Below, piece by piece: positions 22,509 through 31,558 of a stretch of 64,000 nucleotides of DNA (positions are counted from its first letter, which is position 1; each line of letters begins with the position of its first letter). Below the pieces are notes generated by a model, which was given only the letters and a program-made list of their open reading frames with translations, was not told where the DNA came from and did not search any database. This stretch comes from Candidatus Limnocylindrales bacterium (GTDB lineage Bacteria; Patescibacteriota; Microgenomatia; Levybacterales; UBA12049): NCBI GenBank assembly GCA_035526025.1, contig DATLDE010000011.1, positions 121,056 to 185,055 of the forward strand, read 5' to 3'. The position numbers were made by a program, and so were the translations under genes.

Positions 22509-22580
22509 TCACTTGTCAAAAAGTTAATGCCTAAATGATCTCAAAATTCTTTTTGAAGAGGTGGACAAAAGAAGTAAAGG

Positions 22581-22865
22581 CTAATTATTTGCCAAACCGA
22601 GGTGCTTCTCTATTCTCTCAACTTTCTTATGTAAAACAACATTGTCACGGTCAAAGTAATCAATCGTAGTCTTTAGATCTTTTCTAATTTTTGTATCGTT
22701 TGTCTTAAGAATTTTTATATCCCTTAGGAGAGATCCCACGTCAGCTTGCATTGAGACCATACCTTTTTGCAACAATTTAACATCTTGTTTTATGGGCTCC
22801 ACCTCAACTTGCACCACTTCTTTTACAACATCTCTTATTTGAGTCAGATCATTTTTTGTTAGCAT
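22581..22865 (-). CDS. Small coiled-coil hypothetical protein (about 95 aa)
   Basis: The start was chosen at the internal ATG (MLTKNDLTQIRD…). The ORF is divergent from pyrF, and the upstream part of the track ORF overlaps the pyrF 5' end. Confidence 0.35.
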   Translation of the reverse strand: MLTKNDLTQIRDVVKEVVQVEVEPIKQDVKLLQKGMVSMQADVGSLLRDIKILKTNDTKIRKDLKTTIDYFDRDNVVLHKKVERIEKHLGLANN

Positions 22866-22923
22866 ATTTCCAATATACACCCTTTTCTTTTTGCTTTCAA
22901 GAGTTATATAATCATTACAATAA

Positions 22924-23745
22924 ATGAGCTTTAATGACAAACTAAATTCTGCGGTACAAAAAAACAATTCGCTTCTCAGCGTGGGCTTTGACCCTGTTGT
23001 AGATAAAATACCGCAATTTCTGATAGAAAAAGATTTTCCTTTCTTTGAATTCAATAAGGCAATTATTGATACAACGTATGACTTGGTATGCGCATACAAG
23101 TTTAATTCTGCTTTTTACGAAGCAGAGGGGGATAAAGGAATAAAAGAACTGAAAATGAGCATTAATTACATAAAAGAAAAATACCCAGAGGTTCCGACAA
23201 TTTTAGATGCGAAAAGAGGAGACATAGACAATTCAAACCAAGGGTATGTTAAATATGCGTTTGACTATTTAGGCGCAGATTCACTCACGGTAATGCCTTA
23301 CATGGGCATACAATCACTTCAGCCTTTCTTTGATAGAAAGGATAGAGGAATTATAATTGGTTGCCATTCATCAAACCCTGGAGCAAAAGAATTTCAAGAA
23401 CTTATTATAAACAACAAACCTTTATATCATATTGTCGCTGAAGAAATCATGAAACAATATGGTGACAATCCTAACTCAATGATTTTCATGGGCGCCACAT
23501 ATCCAGAGGAGCTTGGTACTATTCGAACCATAATAGGCGATAAAACCATCTTAGCTCCAGGAATCGGAGCTCAAGCAGGAACACTGGAAATGAGTGTAAG
23601 GGCAGGAGTAAATTCTCAAAATAAGGGATTGATTATTGTTATCGTAAGAGGCGTCACCTATGTATCAACTAGTGAAGATTTTGCAGAAAAAGCAAGACAA
23701 GCAGCGAAGAATTATAGAGATGAAATTAATAAATTTAGAACATAA
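22924..23745 (+). CDS. pyrF: Orotidine 5'-phosphate decarboxylase (type 2)
   Basis: Motifs LSVGFDP and ILDAKRGDI. Confidence 0.9.
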   Translation: MSFNDKLNSAVQKNNSLLSVGFDPVVDKIPQFLIEKDFPFFEFNKAIIDTTYDLVCAYKFNSAFYEAEGDKGIKELKMSINYIKEKYPEVPTILDAKRGDIDNSNQGYVKYAFDYLGADSLTVMPYMGIQSLQPFFDRKDRGIIIGCHSSNPGAKEFQELIINNKPLYHIVAEEIMKQYGDNPNSMIFMGATYPEELGTIRTIIGDKTILAPGIGAQAGTLEMSVRAGVNSQNKGLIIVIVRGVTYVSTSEDFAEKARQAAKNYRDEINKFRT

Positions 23746-24413
23746 TGCTTATCATGAATAACGACGTCATAAACTTGCTAAAAAAATCGGATGGCATATT
23801 TGATGGTCACTTTGTATATACTTCCGGCAAACACGCATCGCGTTATTTAAATAAAATGTCGATTTTCTTACATCCTATATTTGCATCGGAGATGGGTAAA
23901 TTATTTGCAAATAAATATATAAATAAAAACGTTGATATTGTAGTTGCCCCAGCAATGGGGGGAATAATCCTCGGACAATGGACTGCTTACCATTTATCCA
24001 AACTTAAAAATAAAGACATATTAAGCACTTATACCGAAAAGGATAAAGGAAGCTTTACATCCGCTGCCAAAAGTAACCATATATTTACAAAAGGTAATGA
24101 AAAATATGTTGTTGGAAAAAATGTTTTGATCGTTGAAGACATTGTTACAACGGGAATTTCAGTTCAGAAAGTCGTAAAAGCAGTAAAAGATGCGGATGGA
24201 AAAATAATTGAGGTCTGTGCAATGGCCAACATCAATCCCAACCCCGGATCAATAACTGATAAACTAATCGGAGCCAAATTCTCAAGCTTAGCAGACCTTC
24301 CGGTTAATTTATACGATGAAGGGAATTGTGAATTGTGCAATAAAAATGTGCCAATTAACACTGATCTAGGACATGGTAAAAAATTCCTCGAAGAAAAGGC
24401 AAAGCAGAAATAA
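23745..24413 (+). CDS. pyrE: Orotate phosphoribosyltransferase (Thermus/actinobacterial-type short form)
   Basis: GHFVYTSGKHASRY, VVAPAMGGI and PRPP motif LIVEDIVTTG. Confidence 0.75.
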   Translation: MLIMNNDVINLLKKSDGIFDGHFVYTSGKHASRYLNKMSIFLHPIFASEMGKLFANKYINKNVDIVVAPAMGGIILGQWTAYHLSKLKNKDILSTYTEKDKGSFTSAAKSNHIFTKGNEKYVVGKNVLIVEDIVTTGISVQKVVKAVKDADGKIIEVCAMANINPNPGSITDKLIGAKFSSLADLPVNLYDEGNCELCNKNVPINTDLGHGKKFLEEKAKQK

Positions 24414-24481
24414 TTCTTGCAGTTCTCTGAATTTTTTTATTAGCGATTGACAAAAATACTTAAAAGTAGTTACATATATTT

Positions 24482-25234
24482 ATGTGGCAAAGTGTTAAGG
24501 TTCCATTTCTCACTATAATATTTGCCCTTCTGTCTTTATTCATATTCACCAAGATATTTGGACCTATTCCTTTTTCAGTGAATAGCATCACGACAAATAA
24601 GCAAAACCTATTTACCGTTACCGGGACTGCCGAAGTGACTGCAATTCCTGATACAGCGATGATTTCCCTGGGAGTTAACAAAGAAAGTCCAACTGTTGAA
24701 GCCGCGAAAGAAGAAGTGAACAAGATTATCAATAAGATAACGCAGGATTTAAAAAATCTGGGTGTTGATGAAAAAGATATCAAAACTACCAACTTTTCCG
24801 TAAACCCCAAATATGATTATAGAGATGGTAATCAGAAAGAAAATGGTTTTACAGTGAATGCAAATATTGAAGTGAAACTGGACTCAGTTGAAAAAGCAAA
24901 TAATGCAATTGATATCGCTACAAAGGATGGCGCAACGCTAGTCGGAAATGTACAATTTGTTTTAGATGAAGACAAAAAACGCGAATTCGAGAAGAAAGCC
25001 AGAAAAGAAGCCATAGCAAAAGCCAAAGAAAAAGCGGGGGACATTGCAAGAGATGCTGGTATAAAACTCGGAAGAATAGTAGATGTACAGGAAAATGGGG
25101 GAGGAGCAGAGCCAAGACCATATTATGGATTAATGTCTGACACCAAACAAGCAAGTGTAGAGGAACCGACCCAATTAAGTCCTGGAGAAAACAAAGTAAT
25201 TAGCACAGTCTCCCTCTCCTACGAAACTTACTAA
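24482..25234 (+). CDS. SIMPL-domain (DUF541) protein, membrane-anchored
   Basis: N-terminal TM helix followed by SIMPL repeats (GTAEV…IS…/VQFVLDED…). Confidence 0.7.
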   Translation: MWQSVKVPFLTIIFALLSLFIFTKIFGPIPFSVNSITTNKQNLFTVTGTAEVTAIPDTAMISLGVNKESPTVEAAKEEVNKIINKITQDLKNLGVDEKDIKTTNFSVNPKYDYRDGNQKENGFTVNANIEVKLDSVEKANNAIDIATKDGATLVGNVQFVLDEDKKREFEKKARKEAIAKAKEKAGDIARDAGIKLGRIVDVQENGGGAEPRPYYGLMSDTKQASVEEPTQLSPGENKVISTVSLSYETY

Positions 25235-25258
25235 CTTCGTTAGAATAAACAAATACTA

Positions 25259-25710
25259 CCAATAACCCAATAAACAAATCAACCCAGAATAATAATGAGA
25301 TTATTTTCTTTTTGAATTCAGGATTATGGTGCTGACAATCATTACAATCTCTTTTCCCTCCTGCATTAAATCCTTCATCCTAAGCTTAAAGGTGGGATTC
25401 GTATCACTGATTATTCTTAACCAATAGCTTGTTTCTTTACCTTCTTTTCTAACTATTGCATACTTTGCAATAAAATCTTTTCTACTATCCGTTCCGTCTG
25501 CTTCTTGATCGTTTGCTCCCATTGATGTTGCTGACTTTGTGATCTGTGTTATCAAAATAATATTTTCTGGAGTTCTTGGAAGTTTTTTTACTAAATTTAA
25601 AACCCGAATAACAAATTGATAAATTCTTTCATGAATGTCTTTTATTTTTTGATTATTCTCCATTTGTTATTGATTGGGTTATTTGTTTATTTGCATATTG
25701 GGTTATTTTA
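25259..25710. repeat. Imperfect inverted repeats (about 27 bp) flanking the four-helix-bundle gene
   Basis: Left arm 25259-25285 (CCAATAACCCAATAAACAAATCAACCC). Right arm 25671-25710 (GATTGGGTTATTTGTTTATTtgcatatTGGGTTATT) is its reverse complement with a 7-nt insertion. Confidence 0.6.
25301..25663 (-). CDS. Four-helix-bundle protein (23S rRNA intervening-sequence protein family)
   Basis: Signature SMGANDQEADG…SRKDFIAKYAIVRKEGKETSYWL. Confidence 0.8.
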   Translation of the reverse strand: MENNQKIKDIHERIYQFVIRVLNLVKKLPRTPENIILITQITKSATSMGANDQEADGTDSRKDFIAKYAIVRKEGKETSYWLRIISDTNPTFKLRMKDLMQEGKEIVMIVSTIILNSKRK

Positions 25711-26643
25711 CTTATTCCCACTATGAAAGGCTTTGTGGACGTCCCTAAGCTGTTTATTTGTGATATGAGTATATACCTGAGTTGTCGCGATATTTTTGTG
25801 TCCGAGCATCTCCTGGACAGATCTTATATCTGCTCCGTTCATAAGTAAATCTGTTGCAAATGAATGACGCAAGGTATGAACAGTTGCATCCACTGGCAAT
25901 CTTGCTTGTTTTGTATACTTTTTTACTATTCTTTCAATCGATCGCACTGTCAATCTCATCTTTTCTCCATTATCAATTTCTGAAACAGCCTTTGCATATC
26001 TGATAAATAATGGTTTATAACTATCTGTCCTCGCATTTTGATAATTTGCTATCCATTCAGCGGCCCGATCTGAAATAAACACAATTCTTCCTTTACCACC
26101 TTTTCCAATTACACCAAATTCCCGCCGTTCAAGGTTGATTTTATCCTGATTCAGACTTACAAGCTCAGACACACGAAGACCACTGGAAAATAACAATTCC
26201 AGAATTGCACGATCCCTAATCCCTGCTTCCTTAGAAGTATCCGGCATGGCGACCAATCTCTCTACCTGATCTCGCTCTAAAAATTTTAGACTTCTACTCT
26301 CTGTCTTGGGAAGATCTATTTTTGAGGGTTCCAGAGTTGGGACATCATTTTTTATAAGAAATCTTAGAAACGACCTGAGCGCAATTACATAATAGTTTTG
26401 GGTGACCTTTTTTCTTGTTTGGCCTTTTTCATTAATGTGATTGGCCAAATGAACTCTATATTTTCTGATAAGTGATAAATCAAGATCCTTAATCGACTTC
26501 CCCGGCAGGGTAGAGGAGTGCCATTCTTTAAATACGTCTAAGTAATGCCTATAATCACGTATGGTGAGCTTGGAGCAATTTTTTTCAATTTCCATGTACT
26601 CCAAAAATTGATCGATTAAAGAAACTAGGCTGTCGTTCTGCAT
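25708..26643 (-). CDS. xerC: Tyrosine site-specific recombinase, XerC/XerD family
   Basis: C-terminal catalytic box HTLRHSFATDLLMNGADIRSVQEMLGHKNIATTQVYTH, the R…K…H…R…Y residue pattern and an N-terminal SAM-like core-binding domain. Confidence 0.85.
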   Translation of the reverse strand: MQNDSLVSLIDQFLEYMEIEKNCSKLTIRDYRHYLDVFKEWHSSTLPGKSIKDLDLSLIRKYRVHLANHINEKGQTRKKVTQNYYVIALRSFLRFLIKNDVPTLEPSKIDLPKTESRSLKFLERDQVERLVAMPDTSKEAGIRDRAILELLFSSGLRVSELVSLNQDKINLERREFGVIGKGGKGRIVFISDRAAEWIANYQNARTDSYKPLFIRYAKAVSEIDNGEKMRLTVRSIERIVKKYTKQARLPVDATVHTLRHSFATDLLMNGADIRSVQEMLGHKNIATTQVYTHITNKQLRDVHKAFHSGNK

Positions 26644-26699
26644 TATTCCATTCTACGACATAATAAATTCAAATTGCAACCCTGTGTTACAATATTTAA

Positions 26700-28115
26700 A
26701 TGAAATATAGCGAACAATATAAAGACTGTCTGGAATATATTGATGAATATTGGGATAAGATTATTTTCAAACCTTCAAGAATTCGACTGGAATATAAGTA
26801 TATAAATATTCCAACACTTCTTCCTGAAAAAAATCCAAACCCACATATCATCAACATTCCTTATTCTTATATTGTCCCAAATACAGGATTTTTTAAAAGA
26901 ATATATTACTGGGACAGCTATTTTATGTTTAAAGGATTAATCGGTACCAAACGTCAATCTGTAACCCGAAAAATGGTTGATAATTTTTTATATCTTTATG
27001 GAAAGTATCAAATAATACCAAATTTCAACGCCCCGGCATCAATTAACAGATCTCAACCGCCATTTCTCTCATCTATGATACTCGATAGCTATCTAAGCCC
27101 TCTTCATGCCCTAAAAAATAATAAATATCATACTAGTATCAGTTCAAGCGTCTATAAATTGAGAAATATGGGCTGGTTAAAACGCGCGAGTCATATTGCC
27201 AAGCAGGAATATGAAACAGTTTGGATTGATAAAGACAATCTCTATAATCACCACGTAGATGGTTATGAATTGTCACGCTATGGAGACCGGGATATTGGGT
27301 ATGCACATTCTTCAGAATTGGAATCCGGTTGGGACATGACATCCCGATTTTATAATAAATGTGACCAATTTCTACCAATTGATCTCAATTCCTATCTATT
27401 CAAATATGAAAAAGACTTTGAATACATTGCAAAGCTTTCTAATAATTCAACTGATGAAAAATACTGGAGAGAAAAATCAGAACGTCGAAAAAAGGAAATT
27501 AACAAATATATGTGGGATGATCATGAAAAATTCTTCTTTGATTATGGATATGTCTTCAAATTGGTCAGTCACTTCTTTTCACTCGCGTCCTACACTGTCC
27601 TGTGGGCTGGACTCGCAACTGAATCCCAAGCCAAACATATGGTTGAAAAACTTTCAAAATTTGAAACTCCATATGGTCTGACTATTTCGGATGCAGACTC
27701 AATTGCAAAACCCATTAATCTTGCAAAAATTCAAAGACGTTATCACCCGGCAATTAATGAGATTATAAAACCTAAGCAATGGGACTATCCGAACATCTGG
27801 TCACCTCTTGAATATCTTACAGTCATCGGGCTTCTCAAGTACGGATATGTAGATGATGCAAAAAGAATTATGGAAAAATCTGTAAGCGCTCATGCAAGGC
27901 TTTTTAAGAAACACAAAACATTCTTTGAAAAGATCAACGGCAAAACCGGTGAACCAGGCGTCGGCGCTCTGTACGGCGATCAGGAAGGTTTTGGCTGGAC
28001 AAACGCTGTGTTTTATCGCTATATTCAGATTCTTGATGCTATAGACTCCAAGCAGTCAATTTATTTATCCCCAAAGTCAAAAAAACCCCCATACACTTTA
28101 TCCATACTTCACTAG
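26700..28115 (+). CDS. treA: Trehalase (glycoside hydrolase family 37)
   Basis: GH37 signature 1 (FFKRIYYWDSYF), RSQPPF, and signature 2 (QWDYPNIWSP). Confidence 0.8.
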   Translation: MKYSEQYKDCLEYIDEYWDKIIFKPSRIRLEYKYINIPTLLPEKNPNPHIINIPYSYIVPNTGFFKRIYYWDSYFMFKGLIGTKRQSVTRKMVDNFLYLYGKYQIIPNFNAPASINRSQPPFLSSMILDSYLSPLHALKNNKYHTSISSSVYKLRNMGWLKRASHIAKQEYETVWIDKDNLYNHHVDGYELSRYGDRDIGYAHSSELESGWDMTSRFYNKCDQFLPIDLNSYLFKYEKDFEYIAKLSNNSTDEKYWREKSERRKKEINKYMWDDHEKFFFDYGYVFKLVSHFFSLASYTVLWAGLATESQAKHMVEKLSKFETPYGLTISDADSIAKPINLAKIQRRYHPAINEIIKPKQWDYPNIWSPLEYLTVIGLLKYGYVDDAKRIMEKSVSAHARLFKKHKTFFEKINGKTGEPGVGALYGDQEGFGWTNAVFYRYIQILDAIDSKQSIYLSPKSKKPPYTLSILH

Positions 28116-29075
28116 TGAAAAGTCCTAGATATGCTCTCCTCCGGACAAAATTAACCTAAGGGGGAGTCATATACTGATTTTAGCCTCGATTTAGCCTCAA
28201 ATTACAGTCCCATAGTGGGGGAGTGAGCGAAAAAAAGCACATTGAACCAAATAGAGAATAATAGAGATTGAATAAGGGATATTAGAATTACCAATATACA
28301 TATAAATGTTAAATAAATGCTAATTCGTAAAGTACAAAACCAGCCCTCCCCCCGGTTCTGTGCCTACGTTATGTCGTAAAAGTATTATTGTACGACATAA
28401 TAGCATATTGCTTCCCCAGGCTTAATGCCAATAAAATTGGTTTATAATCCATAGCAGACATATTTGATAAGAGTAGACTATCCATTTATCTAGATCCTTA
28501 ATGCTTAACACATGTTAATTAATTGCTATAAATTACTAATTTTATTAATAATTTGTAGCTTAGAGACCACTTCCCTAAGATAGAAGAGATTTGCTCTTGT
28601 ACTGACTAAGAAAAGAATATTAAACAGGTGAACATTCTCTGAAGCTTTCAGTTGCACTGATTAGCAAAGTTAAGAATGCATAGATATATATAATAGTCTG
28701 GTTAAACATTGATAATCGTTTAGACTGTTGAATCAATCTAATTTACACATTTTAGCCTCAAAATAATTGAAAAAGAGATGTTCGTATTTTTTTTATCACT
28801 TCGCGTGGAGTATGATAGTCTAGTATACTACTCTGAAGTAAACTAGAAGAAAATATTAATCTAATTAATATACAATTGTAGACAAGCAACTACATTGCTT
28901 TCTATTATACACCCTCTGTGTTACAAGTTAATAAATACATGTATCAAACTATATCATTTAGCCTGTGAAAAGTCTCTGTGAAAAGTTATCCACATACTAT
29001 ATCATAGTATATCACTTTTATTATAGGACTTATAGTTTTTACCCTCTCTCCTCTTCCCCATTCTCTTCTCAGTAA

Positions 29076-29927
29076 TTATTTTCCCCACGGTGTAAAAAGA
29101 ATTAATACAAAAAAAACAAGACAACCTACCCAGACATATTCCCACATAATTCCTTTAAAAAGCCGTCTCTCGAACCATATATGAGATAGGCCAACTATGG
29201 CATAAAAAAAACCTGTGAGAAAAAGTGCAATAAAGGTTGGACTGCTGGGCCAAAACCATAAAAGCGAGGCTGCTTCAATCAGACATGCTGTTAGTATAAA
29301 TACCCAAGTGAAAATTGAGCGGGATGGCTTTATAAGCGTATAGGTCCACAAAGAGTGAAATATTAAAGCTGAACTGTATATTATCATCAGTATTATCACT
29401 ACAAAAATATTTAAATGGAGAGTAAAAACAATATTTGTGAGAAAAAAGAATGATAGCAGCGTTGCTACAAAAGACACAATGCGTGCACCCGAAAGAAGAG
29501 TTATTGTTCTAATTGAGGAAATTGAGAGAATATTCTGACTTAAGAATACGGAGTACAGACCAAATGCAAAAATTGCTGCCAGAACTAATCTGAACGCAAA
29601 TGCAGTAGGTGTTAAAAAGTAAAACATTCCAAAACTCAGGCTATAAAAAAACGGAAGTATAAATGCCTCAAGCGTGCGATTTTCTTTAAGATCAGGATGA
29701 ATTGCCCAATACAAAATTATAGTTGTCAGTATAGCGATTATAACTGGGATAAAAATTCCTGATTTTCCAAACTGAAACTCTGCAAAAAATAAACCGAGTG
29801 AAAGAAGAACCGTCCCGATAACAAATTTATGTCTCTTTTCAATTGAAAACTTAAAGCTCTTTCTCCCCTTTTTTACATTTGAGGCTTGTTTAATACTTGA
29901 ACTTTGTTGGGACGAATTACTGATCAT
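29076..29927 (-). CDS. Integral membrane protein (7-8 TM), hypothetical
   Basis: 283 aa with a basic N-terminus, polytopic and hydrophobic. Its start overlaps the yebC stop. Confidence 0.5.
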   Translation of the reverse strand: MISNSSQQSSSIKQASNVKKGRKSFKFSIEKRHKFVIGTVLLSLGLFFAEFQFGKSGIFIPVIIAILTTIILYWAIHPDLKENRTLEAFILPFFYSLSFGMFYFLTPTAFAFRLVLAAIFAFGLYSVFLSQNILSISSIRTITLLSGARIVSFVATLLSFFFLTNIVFTLHLNIFVVIILMIIYSSALIFHSLWTYTLIKPSRSIFTWVFILTACLIEAASLLWFWPSSPTFIALFLTGFFYAIVGLSHIWFERRLFKGIMWEYVWVGCLVFFVLILFTPWGK

Positions 29928-30678
29928 TTAATATACTTTCCATTATATTGTCATCTATATCAAAATTTACATATACCTTATGAACATCATCCAATTCTTC
30001 TAATAGATCAATAAATTTAATCGCTTTTTGCGCTTGCTCTTTGTCCGTAAGAGTATTTATGCTTACAGGTTTCCAAATCAGCCTCGTTTCTCGAATTTTA
30101 ATTGCTTTTTCCAGTAAAGCGTTTCGGGCTTTTGCAAGGTCATCCGATTTGGTATATATAATCGCATCAGTATCTGAATCCTCTATATCTTCTGCATAAC
30201 AATCTGCTGCAATAAGAAATATGTCATCAAGTGACTGCCCGTTTTTTGAAACAGTAATTACGCCTGTTTTTTCAAACTGATACATAACGCTTCCTGCAAC
30301 CCCCATACTGCCCCCATTTTTTTCAAAAGCATTTTTTACTTCTGCAACAGTTCGTTGTTTTTTATCGGTTAGTGTTTCAACAATCACGCTAAATCCCCCT
30401 GGCCCAAATCCCTCATAAAAAATTTCCTCAATGTCCCCTGCTTGCTTACCACTCGCCCGCTCTATAGCCCTAGTTATATTTTCCTTAGGCATGTTTGCAG
30501 CCCGCGCTTCATCTACTGCTAATCGAAGACGAAAGTTACTATTGGGATCAGCCACACCACCACCTTCTCTTACAGCAGTAGTAATACTATAAGATAGTTT
30601 AGTGAATACCTGGCCACGTTTTTGATCTTTTGTTCCTTTTTGTCTTTTAATGGTTGACCACTTTGAATGCCCTGACAT
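29917..30678 (-). CDS. yebC: YebC/PmpR-family transcriptional regulator
   Basis: N-terminus MSGHSKWSTIKRQKG and the typical three-domain YebC pattern. Confidence 0.9.
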   Translation of the reverse strand: MSGHSKWSTIKRQKGTKDQKRGQVFTKLSYSITTAVREGGGVADPNSNFRLRLAVDEARAANMPKENITRAIERASGKQAGDIEEIFYEGFGPGGFSVIVETLTDKKQRTVAEVKNAFEKNGGSMGVAGSVMYQFEKTGVITVSKNGQSLDDIFLIAADCYAEDIEDSDTDAIIYTKSDDLAKARNALLEKAIKIRETRLIWKPVSINTLTDKEQAQKAIKFIDLLEELDDVHKVYVNFDIDDNIMESILNDQ

Positions 30679-30756
30679 AGGGCATCATTATACCTAATCT
30701 ATCTTGACATTTGCAAGAATTGTTAGTAAACTTCTGGAAGTCTTTCAATCCACACA

Positions 30757-31410
30757 ATGTCATCACAACAATTAAAAACTCAAGCAATACAAACTGCGCT
30801 CACTGGTGACTGGGACAATGCGATTCTCCTGAATGAACAGATATTAAAAGACGATCCTGACGATATAGCAACACTCAACAGAATAGGCTTTGCTCACCTC
30901 AGCTTAGGAAATATAAAAGATGCTAGAAATGTATATGAAAAAGTATTATCCCTGGACATGAAAAATCCTATTGCCCTACGAAATATTAAGAGGCTAAATG
31001 GTGGAAATATTTTAAAAACAAATATACAACTTAATAATTTATTTATTGAGGAAACAGGGAAAACAAAAATAATTGAATTGGTAAATATTGCTGATAAAAA
31101 AGTAGTTTCTCATCTACGATCAGGAGAAAAGATATCTATAAGAATAAAACGTAATAAAATTTTTGCACTTGATTCAGATGAAAAATTCCTTGGCATGCTA
31201 CCCGATGACGTATGTAAAAGACTAACGGAATTCATGAATGGTGGAAATATATATGATGCATACATCTGGGCTTCTAACGAAAGTAAAATTTCTATATTTA
31301 TAAGAGAAATTAAAAGGGCAAAAAAATATACTAATCAGCCTTCCTTTGTATCAAATGAGAAAACAAAATTATCTATTGAGAAAACTCATCCAACAACGGA
31401 TCATCTCTGA
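30757..31410 (+). CDS. TPR-repeat protein, hypothetical
   Basis: N-terminal TPR-like repeats (ALTGDWDNAILLNEQILKDDPDD…), 217 aa. Confidence 0.5.
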   Translation: MSSQQLKTQAIQTALTGDWDNAILLNEQILKDDPDDIATLNRIGFAHLSLGNIKDARNVYEKVLSLDMKNPIALRNIKRLNGGNILKTNIQLNNLFIEETGKTKIIELVNIADKKVVSHLRSGEKISIRIKRNKIFALDSDEKFLGMLPDDVCKRLTEFMNGGNIYDAYIWASNESKISIFIREIKRAKKYTNQPSFVSNEKTKLSIEKTHPTTDHL

Positions 31411-31541
31411 AATATTACTTTATTACGCTTAAGCTCTTTTTTAATTTTATTTACCTCATCCATCTTATTTTGTTTTTTCAAAGAAAATAATGCCCATATT
31501 ATGGAGAGAAGAGCAATAATTATAATTACGATAACAAACAT
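31401..31541 (-). CDS. Possible 46-aa single-TM small protein
   Basis: ATG-initiated ORF MFVIVIIIIALLSIIWALFSLKKQNKMDEVNKIKKELKRNKVIFQR. It lies below the track size cut-off and overlaps the 3' end of the TPR gene by 10 nt. Confidence 0.25.
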   Translation of the reverse strand: MFVIVIIIIALLSIIWALFSLKKQNKMDEVNKIKKELKRNKVIFQR

Positions 31542-31558
31542 ATCAAATCCTCAAATAT

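Noticed and set aside
28116-29075. tmRNA, RNase P RNA, SRP RNA or an additional tRNA in the long spacer
   Set aside because: I looked for a TTCGA-type T-loop with an acceptor stem, the GGAAGCAG SRP domain-IV motif and the AGGAAAGTCCGGGC P4 motif. None were present, so only an unknown ncRNA or decayed element remains possible.
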